Translations under genes and position numbers: made by a program
DNA from: an uncultured Gammaproteobacteria bacterium
GTDB taxonomy: Bacteria; Patescibacteriota; Microgenomatia; Levybacterales; UBA12049
Length of the DNA: 64,000 nt
NCBI GenBank assembly: GCA_964610465.1
Contig: CAZSWA010000006.1
Location: 4,332 to 68,331, forward strand
Reading direction: 5' to 3'
Shown here: positions 38,247 to 47,845 of the stretch, one piece after another
Layout: every line of letters starts with the position of its first letter
Position numbering within the stretch: the stretch's first letter is position 1
Notes under the pieces: model-generated
Database searches by the model: none
Seen by the model: the letters and a program-made list of their open reading frames with translations, nothing else
Told to the model about the DNA's origin: nothing

Positions 38247-38831
38247 TTATTTTTTCTGGCTGTGGGAGCGAAGAGCATTATACTCGTAATCCTGAATATT
38301 TGGTACATTATTGTAAACTTGTAACCAATTCGTTGCTATTTCTTTTTGCGCATTTGATAAGCTTATCGCACCATTGCAAACCTGTTCATGTAAATAATTT
38401 TCAACCATATCTTTTTCATGAAATCCGGGACGGGGTTCTGCAGCTTCCGGCCAGAGGTTGGCGATATCGTTTGATCCTCCAAGTTCAAGACTGATAAGAT
38501 GATCAATTTCATATTCACCTGTATGATGTGAGTAGATGCCATATTCTTGATATACTCCCTTTTTCTCTTCACTTGGAACATTTCTGATACTGGAACTATA
38601 TCCTGCAACGCAAATAGTTTGATGAATGTTGTACTGAGTAACTTGCATATCAGTAGCACCCGGAGTACAGGCACTATCAGGCAAACTATTATTGACTTGA
38701 CAACCTGAGATTTTGGTACGTAGACCAATTTGAGCGGGGAGTACTTGCTTGTTGATTTGATTGGTATTTTTATAGTAATAAAAGAAGGCAATAGCGACTA
38801 TAATAAAAAGCAAGAATATTAATTGTTTCAT
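38247..38831 (-). CDS. Exported HNH-like nuclease-fold protein
   Basis: N-terminal TM; YEIDHLISLELGGSND..NLWP; KD.VEN.LH. Confidence 0.7.
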   Translation of the reverse strand: MKQLIFLLFIIVAIAFFYYYKNTNQINKQVLPAQIGLRTKISGCQVNNSLPDSACTPGATDMQVTQYNIHQTICVAGYSSSIRNVPSEEKKGVYQEYGIYSHHTGEYEIDHLISLELGGSNDIANLWPEAAEPRPGFHEKDMVENYLHEQVCNGAISLSNAQKEIATNWLQVYNNVPNIQDYEYNALRSHSQKK

Positions 38832-38875
38832 GAAGTATAATTATATATTATCGGGTAAAATAAATTAATGCAACT

Positions 38876-39319
38876 ATGCAAGCTGAACGTTTTACACTAA
38901 GAGCTGCCGCTTATCTATTACTTATAAAAGATAACAAGATCTTGATTATAAGGAGATATAACACTGGCTGGAGTGATGGGGAATATAGTCTAATAGCTGG
39001 ACATCTGGATGGTAATGAAACAGTATTGGAAAGTATGGTTCGTGAAGCGAATGAAGAAGCTGGAATTACAGTTAAGCCCACAGATTTACATATCATTCAT
39101 GTAATGCATCGAAAATCCATAGGTGAAGATTTAGAATATATAGATTTTTTTGTTAGTGCGGATAAATGGAAAGGCATACCAAGAATTACTGAAAAAGATA
39201 AATGTGATAATATGCAATGGGTTCCATTAAATAATCTCCCACAGAATGTTATTCCTCATGTAAAACAAGCAATATATAATTATAAAAACAAGATTGCGTT
39301 TTCGGAATTTGGATTTTAA
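38876..39319 (+). CDS. NUDIX hydrolase
   Basis: AGHLDGNET...REANEEAG. Confidence 0.9.
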   Translation: MQAERFTLRAAAYLLLIKDNKILIIRRYNTGWSDGEYSLIAGHLDGNETVLESMVREANEEAGITVKPTDLHIIHVMHRKSIGEDLEYIDFFVSADKWKGIPRITEKDKCDNMQWVPLNNLPQNVIPHVKQAIYNYKNKIAFSEFGF

Positions 39320-39322
39320 TAT

Positions 39323-40063
39323 ATGCAAATAAAAGTTATTACATGGAACATATGGCGTGGCAAATATCTTGATGGAGTTATTGATTTCTTAAAAAGTAGT
39401 AATGCTGATATTATCGGGCTTCAGGAAATAATAGAAGATGAAAGTCTAACAAGTCGGGAGAACTTAGCACAAATTATTGCCAAATCACTTGGATATAATT
39501 ATGTATATTGTAAGGCTTTTACTACAGATAGACATATGCCTATATATGATATAGGGAATGCAATACTTAGCAAGTACGAAATACAAAATACCATGTGTAT
39601 AGAATTAAGCGGATTGAGCGATTACAAAAGTGATTCTACAACCGAACCCCGTAATGCAATAAAAGCTGAGATTACTATTAATAATAGAACACTTACTATT
39701 CTTAATACACATCTTGCATACTCTCATGAACTTAAGCCGTTTGAGCTTCGAACAAAACAAGTAGAAAAATTAATTCCACCTATCAAGTCACAAAATACTA
39801 TTTTAATGGGAGATTTTAATAGTATGTTGGAAAATGAAGAAATGAAAAGAATACAAGAAGTTATTCCCAATGCAGATACGAGTACAGAAAAACAGGCAAC
39901 ATGGAGTGTCTACCCAACTGATTATAAAGGATTTATAGTGAAAGGACTTGAATATAGAATTGATAATATTTTTGTAAGTAATGACATTCGTGTAGTCAAT
40001 TTTGCGATAGAAAGTTCAAGAGCTTCTGATCATCTCCCAATAAGTGTCCTTGTTGAAATATAG
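39323..40063 (+). CDS. EEP family protein
   Basis: TWNI, LQE, GDFN and SDHLP motifs. Confidence 0.9.
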   Translation: MQIKVITWNIWRGKYLDGVIDFLKSSNADIIGLQEIIEDESLTSRENLAQIIAKSLGYNYVYCKAFTTDRHMPIYDIGNAILSKYEIQNTMCIELSGLSDYKSDSTTEPRNAIKAEITINNRTLTILNTHLAYSHELKPFELRTKQVEKLIPPIKSQNTILMGDFNSMLENEEMKRIQEVIPNADTSTEKQATWSVYPTDYKGFIVKGLEYRIDNIFVSNDIRVVNFAIESSRASDHLPISVLVEI

Positions 40064-40067
40064 CGAT

Positions 40068-40673
40068 ATGAATCTTAGAGTAGTAAAACCAACTGATACT
40101 ATCCTCCGTACAAAATGCAGTCCAGTTTCAAAAAAAGAATTACGTACAAAAAACATGCAAAATCTTATAGATGAATTGCTTAATTTCGTATATGGCAGCA
40201 GTAATAAAGGAAAAGAAAGAATTACAAAAAAACCAATGACAGTTGGTTTATCTGTCAATCAAGTAGGTATTCCCAAAAGGATAGCAATTGTTGATTTGGC
40301 AATTGGTAAGAAAACCTACAATGATTTATATGTACTTATAAATCCTGAAATCTTGTGGCATTCAAAAACACTCATTGAAAAAAGTGAAGGATGTGTTAAC
40401 CTACCTAACGTCTGGGGATATGTAAAACGATATAAAAAAATAAAAATAAAAGCACTTGATAGATCTGGAAATGAATTAATCCTTATGCTTCAAGGATAGC
40501 CCGCAATACTACTGCAGCATGAGATAGGACATCTCAATGGAGAACTGTTTATAGACAAACTTGAAAATCCACAAAAAGCACATCTGGTAAAAACCGGAGA
40601 ATATAAAGCATATAAAAAAACTAAAAAAAGCTGGAACAAATACATTGATATCTCATCATTAATTAAAAAATAA
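40068..40673 (+). pseudogene. def: Peptide deformylase interrupted by an in-frame TAG (40497-40499)
   Basis: VGLSVNQVG and EGCV before the stop; QHEIGHLNG.LFID continues in frame to TAA at 40671-40673. Confidence 0.85.
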
Positions 40674-40685
40674 TATCCTCAATGT

Positions 40686-40731
40686 TTCTTTCTTAATCCT
40701 TACCGTTTTTTGGTTATTCTCTTATTGATAA
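40686..40731 (+). promoter_or_regulatory. 46-bp upstream element, copy 1
   Basis: 40/46 identical to 41039-41084. Confidence 0.65.
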
Positions 40732-40780
40732 GTCTTAGGATGAGACTAAACTAGATTAGTTAAAAGGGGGTGATAATAAT

Positions 40781-40957
40781 ATGGCACAAAAAGGAAATGG
40801 CAGAGGATTTGCCTCAATGGATCCTGATAAACAACGACAAATTGCAAGTAAAGGCGGAAGAGCAGCTCATTCAAAAGGTACAGCCCATGAATGGACAAGC
40901 GATGAAGCACGTGAAGCAGGTCGTAAAGGTGGACGCGCAAGACAGAAAAGTAGATAA
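40781..40957 (+). CDS. KGG-motif stress-induced protein (YciG/GsiB/Con-10-like), 58 aa, absent from the ORF track
   Basis: RGFASMDPDKQRQIASKGG..AHEWTSDEAREAGRKGG; AGGGGGTGA ribosome-binding site. Confidence 0.93.
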   Translation: MAQKGNGRGFASMDPDKQRQIASKGGRAAHSKGTAHEWTSDEAREAGRKGGRARQKSR

Positions 40958-40982
40958 AAGCAAGTCTTACGTAAAGCAACAG

Positions 40983-41015
40983 AAAAATATCCCTGTCCTT
41001 CAGGGATATTTTTTT
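40983..41015 (+). terminator. Intrinsic terminator, possibly bidirectional
   Basis: AAAAATATCCCTG/CAGGGATATTTTT. Confidence 0.85.
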
Positions 41016-41038
41016 AGAATTTGCAACTGATAGTACAG

Positions 41039-41084
41039 TTCTTTCTCAATCCTTACGTTATTTTGGTTATTCTCTCATTCATAA
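41039..41084 (+). promoter_or_regulatory. 46-bp upstream element, copy 2
   Basis: 40/46 identical to 40686-40731. Confidence 0.65.
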
Positions 41085-41240
41085 ACAGTAAGCTAACTCT
41101 AGTATCATGAATATCTCAAATATGTTTGTTTATAAAAAAGAAACTCCTGGCAAAGGCATCGAAAGTCTACGATATTGCGATATCACTTGCTATTTAAATT
41201 TTAGAAAAAATAGAGGGAAGCGAGGTGAGACACGCTTATT

Positions 41241-41492
41241 ATGAACATTTTGTCATGGATTTTTTTTGGTTTAATAGTTGGAATAATAGCAAATGCAATT
41301 GATCCACAACCAGCGCGCGGAGGATTACTCGGTGCAATATTGCTGGGAGTTGTTGGAGCTCTTGTTGGAGGTTTTCTTGCCAATTTAATATTTGGTATTA
41401 CGGTAACAGGATTTAATTTAACATCCTTCTTGATAGCAGTTGCTGGTTCACTGATATTACTCTTTATAGGCAGAGCTATAAGAAGAGTATAA
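41241..41492 (+). CDS. GlsB/YeaQ/YmgE family stress-response membrane protein
   Basis: WIFFGLIVG.IA and ILLGVVGALVGG motifs. Confidence 0.92.
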   Translation: MNILSWIFFGLIVGIIANAIDPQPARGGLLGAILLGVVGALVGGFLANLIFGITVTGFNLTSFLIAVAGSLILLFIGRAIRRV

Positions 41493-41606
41493 AAATAGAA
41501 CAGGGTATGGATGGATGCAAGCAAGCATGAGCACATCTATCCATACCCATTTGGGGTAAAGGAATTTTAGTTTAAAAAATAATCAAGGAAAGCGAGGTGA
41601 TAAAAG

Positions 41607-41903
41607 ATGGAACATAATTATCGAGATAGGAATGGAGTAAATCCAGTAACAGCAGGTTTTGTAGGTATTGTGCTAGGAGCTGCGGGTGCAGTAGCAGTTC
41701 TTTTATCAGATGAAGAAATAAGAAAAAAAGCAACAAAACGATATCATCAATTAAAAAAGAATCTGAGCGATTGGAGTGATGAAAATTTAAAAGAACTCAA
41801 AGATGAGAAGAAAGCGATTAAAGAGAGAGTACGAGAGAAAGCAAGTAATGTAATGGAATCTGAAATAGTTGATGAGGGAAAAATTGAGGAGAAGAAAGAA
41901 TAA
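41607..41903 (+). CDS. YtxH-like protein
   Basis: G..G..LGAAGA TM followed by a charged coiled coil; GAGGTGA ribosome-binding site. Confidence 0.6.
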   Translation: MEHNYRDRNGVNPVTAGFVGIVLGAAGAVAVLLSDEEIRKKATKRYHQLKKNLSDWSDENLKELKDEKKAIKERVREKASNVMESEIVDEGKIEEKKE

Positions 41904-41916
41904 ATTATTCAATCAC

Positions 41917-42603
41917 CTATAAGGAATAATCAAGTGTTGAGTGTTCTTGAGAAATAAATAGAATTTCTTCTTCCAGTTTTTTAATATTTCTTAACAATAA
42001 GAATTTCCCTTCCCGTGCCACAAAACCGGCTTTTTCTAACTTTTTCATCTCAAGTGATGTAGTTTCTCTTGTAATTCCAACAAGGGTTGCAATATCTTTA
42101 TGTGTAAGCGGGACTTTGAAAATAATACTATCTCCCTGTTCTTCACCAAAACGTTTTGCACAGATAAGTAATGTTGCTGCGACTTTTATGTAGGCATTAC
42201 TGCATACGAGATATTCCATTCTTGAAAGAAATCCATCAAACCGTACTAGAAGACGCGATGTGAGATCTTCATATACATCAGGATTATCTTTTATAAAATG
42301 CAGAAATTGTTCTTGTGGGGCGCTCCAGAGTTCAAGCGGAGTTATCGCTTCAAGATAATATGGATTGGTAATATTATTCATTCCATACGTAAGCGGAAAA
42401 AAATCATCAGGTTTAAGTATTGTTAAAGTAAGTTCTTCTCCTTGTTCTGAAAGTCTATATACTCGTACATATCCGCTTTTGATAAAAAATACGCTTGAGG
42501 AATTATCGTTAGCATGGAGAATCATACTGCGTTTTTTATATTTGAGGAGTTTATATTTTTGAAAAAATAAATTAATCTTAGATACCGAATTAAGTATCAA
42601 CAT
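41917..42603 (-). CDS. Crp/Fnr family regulator
   Basis: cNMP-binding barrel; LTHKDIATLVGITRETTS HTH. Confidence 0.93.
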   Translation of the reverse strand: MLILNSVSKINLFFQKYKLLKYKKRSMILHANDNSSSVFFIKSGYVRVYRLSEQGEELTLTILKPDDFFPLTYGMNNITNPYYLEAITPLELWSAPQEQFLHFIKDNPDVYEDLTSRLLVRFDGFLSRMEYLVCSNAYIKVAATLLICAKRFGEEQGDSIIFKVPLTHKDIATLVGITRETTSLEMKKLEKAGFVAREGKFLLLRNIKKLEEEILFISQEHSTLDYSL

Positions 42604-42742
42604 ACTGTTTTCTCTAATCTTGTGTAATGCATCTTACAGACACGACATCATAATAAAATAAAAAAGCTGTAAGAAAAGTATAAGAAGGTATAAATATACA
42701 TATTGCATCCATAGGATTTTCTGATAAGATAATGAACACAAT

Positions 42743-43915
42743 ATGGATAATGTCATAGAAAAGATATATAACTGTACTTTAAAATTATTAGCATCTACAG
42801 ATACAAAAGAGTTATACAAATCAATTGTTGTGGAAGGAAAAGAACTGGTAAATGCAGAATTCGGATCAATTTATCTAGACAATAACGATACCTTTTCTTT
42901 AGCATATAGTTCATTACCATTTCTCAATAAATTTAAATTAAGACGTAATGGATTTGTACAAAAAACCTTTCAGACAAGGAAAATTGTTATTCTTCATGAG
43001 AAAGACATACTAAAAATACGGCCTGCCTTAGGTCGAAAAGCGATGCAGTCAGTAATTATGATCCCATTGTCCTATGTAAATAAATCAATTGGTGTGCTTT
43101 GTTTTAATTCTTCAAAGCAGGAACATTTTTCGGATAATGAGTTACATATATTAAAACTTTTTGGATCAATTGCCAGTCTCGCAATTACCAAAGCACACCA
43201 TCTTGATTCAGCAAAAAACGCCATAGAAATTAGAGATAGATTTATATCTCTTGCCTCTCATGAGCTAAGAACTCCTTTAACTTCTATTAACGGATATATT
43301 CAGCTTCTCTATGCGAAACTTGCAAATAAAGGTACTTCTGAATCCCGTTGGGTAGAAGAATTGTATAAAGAAAATATAAGACTGACAACCTTAATTAAAG
43401 AACTTTTAGATGTGAATAGAATAAAACAAGGTCAATTACACTTTGTTCTTAAAGAAGTAAATATTTTAGAGCTACTAGAAAAAGCAATAAAATTGATACA
43501 CGCCAATTATTCTGAAAGAGATGTCCAATTTAAAAACTTAGTAAAACAGAAAAATACTGTATTGGTCATTGGAGACTATGAGAAATTGCTTGATATTTTG
43601 AATGCGCTTCTCAATAACGCAGTAAAATTTTCTCCTCCTCATTCAAAAATAGTAGTAGCTATTGAATTAAAGGATCGTACAATTTTTATCCATATTAAAG
43701 ATAAAGGAAAAGGTATTCCCAAAAAAGATATTCCCAAAATTTTTGAAGGATTCTATAAACATAATATAGAACAATATAAAGAAGGAATGGGAGTCGGGTT
43801 GTTACTTGCAAAACATATTATTGAGTATCATAAAGGGAAATTGAGCATTATTTCAGAAGAAAATAAAGGGACAACAATTACAATAGAACTTCCGTCAATT
43901 CAATATACTCATTAA
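42743..43915 (+). CDS. GAF-domain histidine kinase
   Basis: GAF IPL..IGVL..FSDNE; SHELRTP, NAVKF and GMGVGL motifs. Confidence 0.92.
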   Translation: MDNVIEKIYNCTLKLLASTDTKELYKSIVVEGKELVNAEFGSIYLDNNDTFSLAYSSLPFLNKFKLRRNGFVQKTFQTRKIVILHEKDILKIRPALGRKAMQSVIMIPLSYVNKSIGVLCFNSSKQEHFSDNELHILKLFGSIASLAITKAHHLDSAKNAIEIRDRFISLASHELRTPLTSINGYIQLLYAKLANKGTSESRWVEELYKENIRLTTLIKELLDVNRIKQGQLHFVLKEVNILELLEKAIKLIHANYSERDVQFKNLVKQKNTVLVIGDYEKLLDILNALLNNAVKFSPPHSKIVVAIELKDRTIFIHIKDKGKGIPKKDIPKIFEGFYKHNIEQYKEGMGVGLLLAKHIIEYHKGKLSIISEENKGTTITIELPSIQYTH

Positions 43916-43961
43916 TCTATTGATTTAAACTCAACAATGCATTAGCATGATAAATAGCTTC

Positions 43962-45563
43962 ATGAAAAGGAATTCAGGATTTACACTTATAGAACTTCTT
44001 ATAGTAATAGCAGTGTTATCTGTTATTTTGATATCTGTAATATTTTTTATGAATCCATTAGAAAATTTTGCAAAATCCCGTGATGCAGGAAGAATCAGTG
44101 AAGTAAATGAACTTGGAAGCGCTATCACAAGATTTATGACAAAAGGAAATTCTTCATATCCTATGTCTACACCAAACTGGCAGTCAACTATTCTTAAGGC
44201 AAATGCTGAGATAGCTGCTCCAATACAATCTACAGGAAGCAAATCATGTAACGCTGGCAACAATGAAGGTAATATTTGTTATATTTCAACAGGAGTTGAT
44301 GCAATTATCTGGACAAACGCAGAATCAAAAGCTGCTGCAATTATTGCTCAATGTCAACCAAATCAAGTTCCAGTGATTGCCTGGATAGCGTCTCAAGGCA
44401 GAACCGGATATACTTGTCTTGCAAATACTACTGCTGTTCCTTCTTCTGATGCCGCCAATAATATGTTTGATACTATTGTGTTATCTACTCCTAGTATAGT
44501 CATCGTATCAAATCAGCCGACTCCAACTCCTACTTCTACTCCATCAGGAGGAAGTATTATCATAATTTCATCATCAACAACTCCAAGCCCTACTCCTGTC
44601 AACAGAAATTATTACCCGGCTAATATCGATTTTCCTGCTTCAGGTGCTTATGGTCAGTATAGTCAAGCTGCTTTAAACAATCTAGGAATAAATGGGATAG
44701 ATATAAATATGAATTGGGTTGATGTAGAACCACAACAGGGAGTATATAACTTTGGACCAATTGACCAGGAAATAACAACATGGGTACAAGCGGGAAAGGA
44801 ATTTACTCTTGTCGTTCGTTATATTGCAGATACGGGTACCTGTACAGGTACACAATACATGCCACAATGGGAGATACAGCGCATTCCTCATTTTTGCGAT
44901 ACCTTAAAAGGAACTATAATTCCAAATTACTTTGATCAAACCTTTATCACCGATTTGGAAACATTTGTAAAAGCAATTGGCAGTCATTTTACCCAGAGTC
45001 CTTATAAAGCTAATTTAGCATATATTCGTGTTGGGTTAGGAGTAGCAGGAGAAGGATTCCCTATTTTTTCTTTAACAAGTAATCCTGATTGGTCACAACT
45101 TATAGCATATGGATATACTCCAGCTAGCTGGAGAGATTGGCAAAGAGCACGTATGGCCACTTTCAAAGCAGCATTTCCCTGGACAAAAGTTATTTATCCT
45201 ATTAATGTACAAGGTACAACTGATCCTGCCAACGGATTACCTTTACAGGTTTCTCAAGCTTATTGGGCCGCGGCAAATGGATTAGGAATTGGGTCTCAAA
45301 CTTTGTCACCAGGTTTTACCTATGCACAAATTAATACTATTGCTGCTTATATCAATAAAAATTATCCTGGGACTTACATCCAGTTTCAAACTAAAACAGG
45401 CGTAAATAGTAGTTCTACAGTTCAAGGAGATATACAAACAGCTCAAAACTATGGCGCAAGAAGTATTGAGTGGTATGAGAATGTTGTTGGGAACAATTCT
45501 TATACGCCTTTATTTCAGCAGTGGCAACAGTATGTGAACACAACATATGGGACAATGCCTTAA
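43962..45563 (+). CDS. Type IV pilin-like protein fused via Pro/Thr/Ser linker to a glycoside-hydrolase-like TIM barrel
   Basis: G|FTLIELL class III signal; KSRDAGR; PTPTPT linker; W.DVEPQQGVYNF, PQW, PNYFD and VAGE motifs. Confidence 0.75.
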   Translation: MKRNSGFTLIELLIVIAVLSVILISVIFFMNPLENFAKSRDAGRISEVNELGSAITRFMTKGNSSYPMSTPNWQSTILKANAEIAAPIQSTGSKSCNAGNNEGNICYISTGVDAIIWTNAESKAAAIIAQCQPNQVPVIAWIASQGRTGYTCLANTTAVPSSDAANNMFDTIVLSTPSIVIVSNQPTPTPTSTPSGGSIIIISSSTTPSPTPVNRNYYPANIDFPASGAYGQYSQAALNNLGINGIDINMNWVDVEPQQGVYNFGPIDQEITTWVQAGKEFTLVVRYIADTGTCTGTQYMPQWEIQRIPHFCDTLKGTIIPNYFDQTFITDLETFVKAIGSHFTQSPYKANLAYIRVGLGVAGEGFPIFSLTSNPDWSQLIAYGYTPASWRDWQRARMATFKAAFPWTKVIYPINVQGTTDPANGLPLQVSQAYWAAANGLGIGSQTLSPGFTYAQINTIAAYINKNYPGTYIQFQTKTGVNSSSTVQGDIQTAQNYGARSIEWYENVVGNNSYTPLFQQWQQYVNTTYGTMP

Positions 45564-45573
45564 GCAAAGTTTC

Positions 45574-46245
45574 TTATTCTTTGATGACGTAGCCGAATCC
45601 ACGTACAGAGTGAAGGAGTTTTTTGGGATAGCCATTGTCAATTTTTTTTCTGAGGTAGCCCATGTAGACATCAACTACTCTGGTTTCTACTTCTGAGGAG
45701 TACAGCCAGATTCTACTTAAGATCATTTCTCGTGTTAATATTCTTCCTTTGTTACTCATTAAGTACTGAAGAAGTTTAAACTCCTGGGGAGTAAGTTGAA
45801 TAAGTTTTCCAGAGCGTTTAACCTCTAAGGTTTTATTATCTAACTCTAAATCATCAACTTTGAGCGTTGCATTGGTATCTCCTTGTTTTCTTAGCCTTGC
45901 TTTAATACGAGCTAAGAATTCATCAGCAACAAAAGGTTTGGTCATGTAATCATCAGCACCAAGGTTTAAGCCTTGAACAATATCATTGATGGAGTCTTTG
46001 GCAGTAAGAATGATGATAGGCAGGTCTTTATGTTTTTTTCTGATTTCCTGACACACTGCTTCACCACTCATGTTAGGAAGACCTAAATCAAGAACCACCA
46101 CATCCGGGTCTCCTTTTTTAAAGTATTCTAAAGCTTGAATACCATCTCCTACTGTATGCACAGCATACCCATTATCCAGCAACAACTCCTTCAAATACTT
46201 CTGCAATCCCTTATCATCTTCCACTACAAGTATTGTATGTACCAT
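45574..46245 (-). CDS. OmpR/PhoB-family response regulator, copy 1
   Basis: VEDD, LDLGLP, GADDY.TKPF, VDVYMGYLRKK and VRGFGY motifs. Confidence 0.95.
   Translation of the reverse strand: MVHTILVVEDDKGLQKYLKELLLDNGYAVHTVGDGIQALEYFKKGDPDVVVLDLGLPNMSGEAVCQEIRKKHKDLPIIILTAKDSINDIVQGLNLGADDYMTKPFVADEFLARIKARLRKQGDTNATLKVDDLELDNKTLEVKRSGKLIQLTPQEFKLLQYLMSNKGRILTREMILSRIWLYSSEVETRVVDVYMGYLRKKIDNGYPKKLLHSVRGFGYVIKE
45578..46227. repeat. 650-bp direct repeat, copy 1
   Basis: Identical by eye to 50618-51267 (offset 5040). Confidence 0.92.
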
Positions 46246-46402
46246 AAGTGCCCAAATTATAACAATATTTGTCCAGATTCTCAAAGGGGAAAATAAGAAA
46301 TGCGAAATAACCCTATATAAAATGTAAGAGTTTTGCTGCCGCGCTTGACTTCTCTTACCAATAGTTGTAGATTCTCTTACAATATTCTAATATTTAAATC
46401 AT

Positions 46403-47716
46403 ATGGATACTTACTCTTTACGAAACATGATTTATCAATCTATCCTAGAGCTTGCAACAGAAGAAGGAATAAATGCCTCCGGGAAAGAAGAAATATATGG
46501 ATGTATCTTTGGAAGAGATAGTTTTGTCACTATCCTTAAGATAATGAAATCACTTTCCAACACCAATTCAGCACCTTTTATTGAGACGCAATTACTTCTT
46601 GATATCTGCAGACGTTCACTTTTAACTCTTGTTCAGCTTCAAGGAAAAGAAACCAATATTGAAAGTGGAGAAGAACCTGGTAAATTTATCCATGAATACA
46701 GGAAAGAAAAATACGAAAGATTGGTCAATCGACCTGTCAAACCATGGTATCTCTATCCGGATAAAATTTTGCGTAATTATGACTCCATAGATTCTACACC
46801 TCTTGGACTTATTGCACTTTATAGATATTGGAATATAACTAAAGATGATACCTTTTTGCTACAAGTGTTACCAGCAGTTGAGTCTGGACTTAACTGGATT
46901 ATTACTTACGGAGATAAAGATAAAGATGGACTTATTGAGTATGAACTTCATAAAGAGAGAAAACATGGAGGATTGGTAGTACAATCCTGGACTGACTCTC
47001 ATGAATCAATTACTCAAGCTGATGGAAGATTTCCTGATTATCCAATCGCACCGGTTGAAGCACAAGGATATGCGTGGCTTGCTCTTAAACTCTGGTCTGA
47101 TTTTTATGCTGATACTTCCAGAAATTATGCCAAAACTGAAAATTTCGCTCACAAACTGGCAACTCAGGCAGAGCTCATGAAAAAACGATTTAATGAAATA
47201 TTTCTTTATGAGGATGAAGAACTGCTTTTCCCGGCTCAAGCACTTGACGGGAGCAAAAATCAATTACGCACAGTGACAGGGAATTCACTCCTTCTGCTTT
47301 GGGCGACATACTATAATAATGGTAAGTCCGAGTCAATTCTTGATGATACATTTATTCCTGATTTGGTGAAGCGTTCCTTTATGGATGATTTGTTTGACTC
47401 AGAAGCGGGTATCCGTACAATGAGTACAAAGGCTGCAACCTATATTTCAGGGCAAAATTCATACCATAATGGCAGTTTCTGGCCAAAGCTCAATGGTATG
47501 GTACATGAAGGACTTACAAACTGGAATTATTTGAAAGAAGCAGAGCATCTCAAAGAAGCAACCCTTAAACCTATTCAGTACTTTGGTACACCAATAGAAC
47601 TTTATGTGAAAGGAGAAAATGGAAACTATCTGCCATTTCGTAACTCTGCAGGCCGTGAAGGATGCAGGCAACAAGCCTGGTCAGCAGCTGTCGCCCTTGA
47701 TCTTCTAACCCTATAA
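46403..47716 (+). CDS. Amylo-alpha-1,6-glucosidase / glycogen-debranching-like (alpha/alpha)6 hydrolase
   Basis: FGRDS, EEPGKFIHE, SIDSTPL, WTDS and YHNGSFWP motifs. Confidence 0.88.
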   Translation: MDTYSLRNMIYQSILELATEEGINASGKEEIYGCIFGRDSFVTILKIMKSLSNTNSAPFIETQLLLDICRRSLLTLVQLQGKETNIESGEEPGKFIHEYRKEKYERLVNRPVKPWYLYPDKILRNYDSIDSTPLGLIALYRYWNITKDDTFLLQVLPAVESGLNWIITYGDKDKDGLIEYELHKERKHGGLVVQSWTDSHESITQADGRFPDYPIAPVEAQGYAWLALKLWSDFYADTSRNYAKTENFAHKLATQAELMKKRFNEIFLYEDEELLFPAQALDGSKNQLRTVTGNSLLLLWATYYNNGKSESILDDTFIPDLVKRSFMDDLFDSEAGIRTMSTKAATYISGQNSYHNGSFWPKLNGMVHEGLTNWNYLKEAEHLKEATLKPIQYFGTPIELYVKGENGNYLPFRNSAGREGCRQQAWSAAVALDLLTL

Positions 47717-47845
47717 CATTATAATTAACCTCAACTTAGTAGGAAACTTTGTCAGGTTTTAGTCATAGTTGTCAAGCATAATGGTCAAGGTGTTTCTACA
47801 ATTGCGATAATAATAGTATTAGTAAGGTAAATTACATCTTGTAGT

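Noticed and set aside
40497-40499. Genome-wide stop codon reassignment
   Set aside because: TAG and TGA end many intact genes here (for example TAG at 14825, TGA at 18060), consistent with code 11.
40770-41030. 86-aa ORF from the track
   Set aside because: Shadow frame of the real KGG gene at 40781-40957.
41147-41185. GGCAAA-N6-GAAA resembling a c-di-GMP-I riboswitch
   Set aside because: The stem around GAAA does not pair and the GACGCAAA segment is missing.
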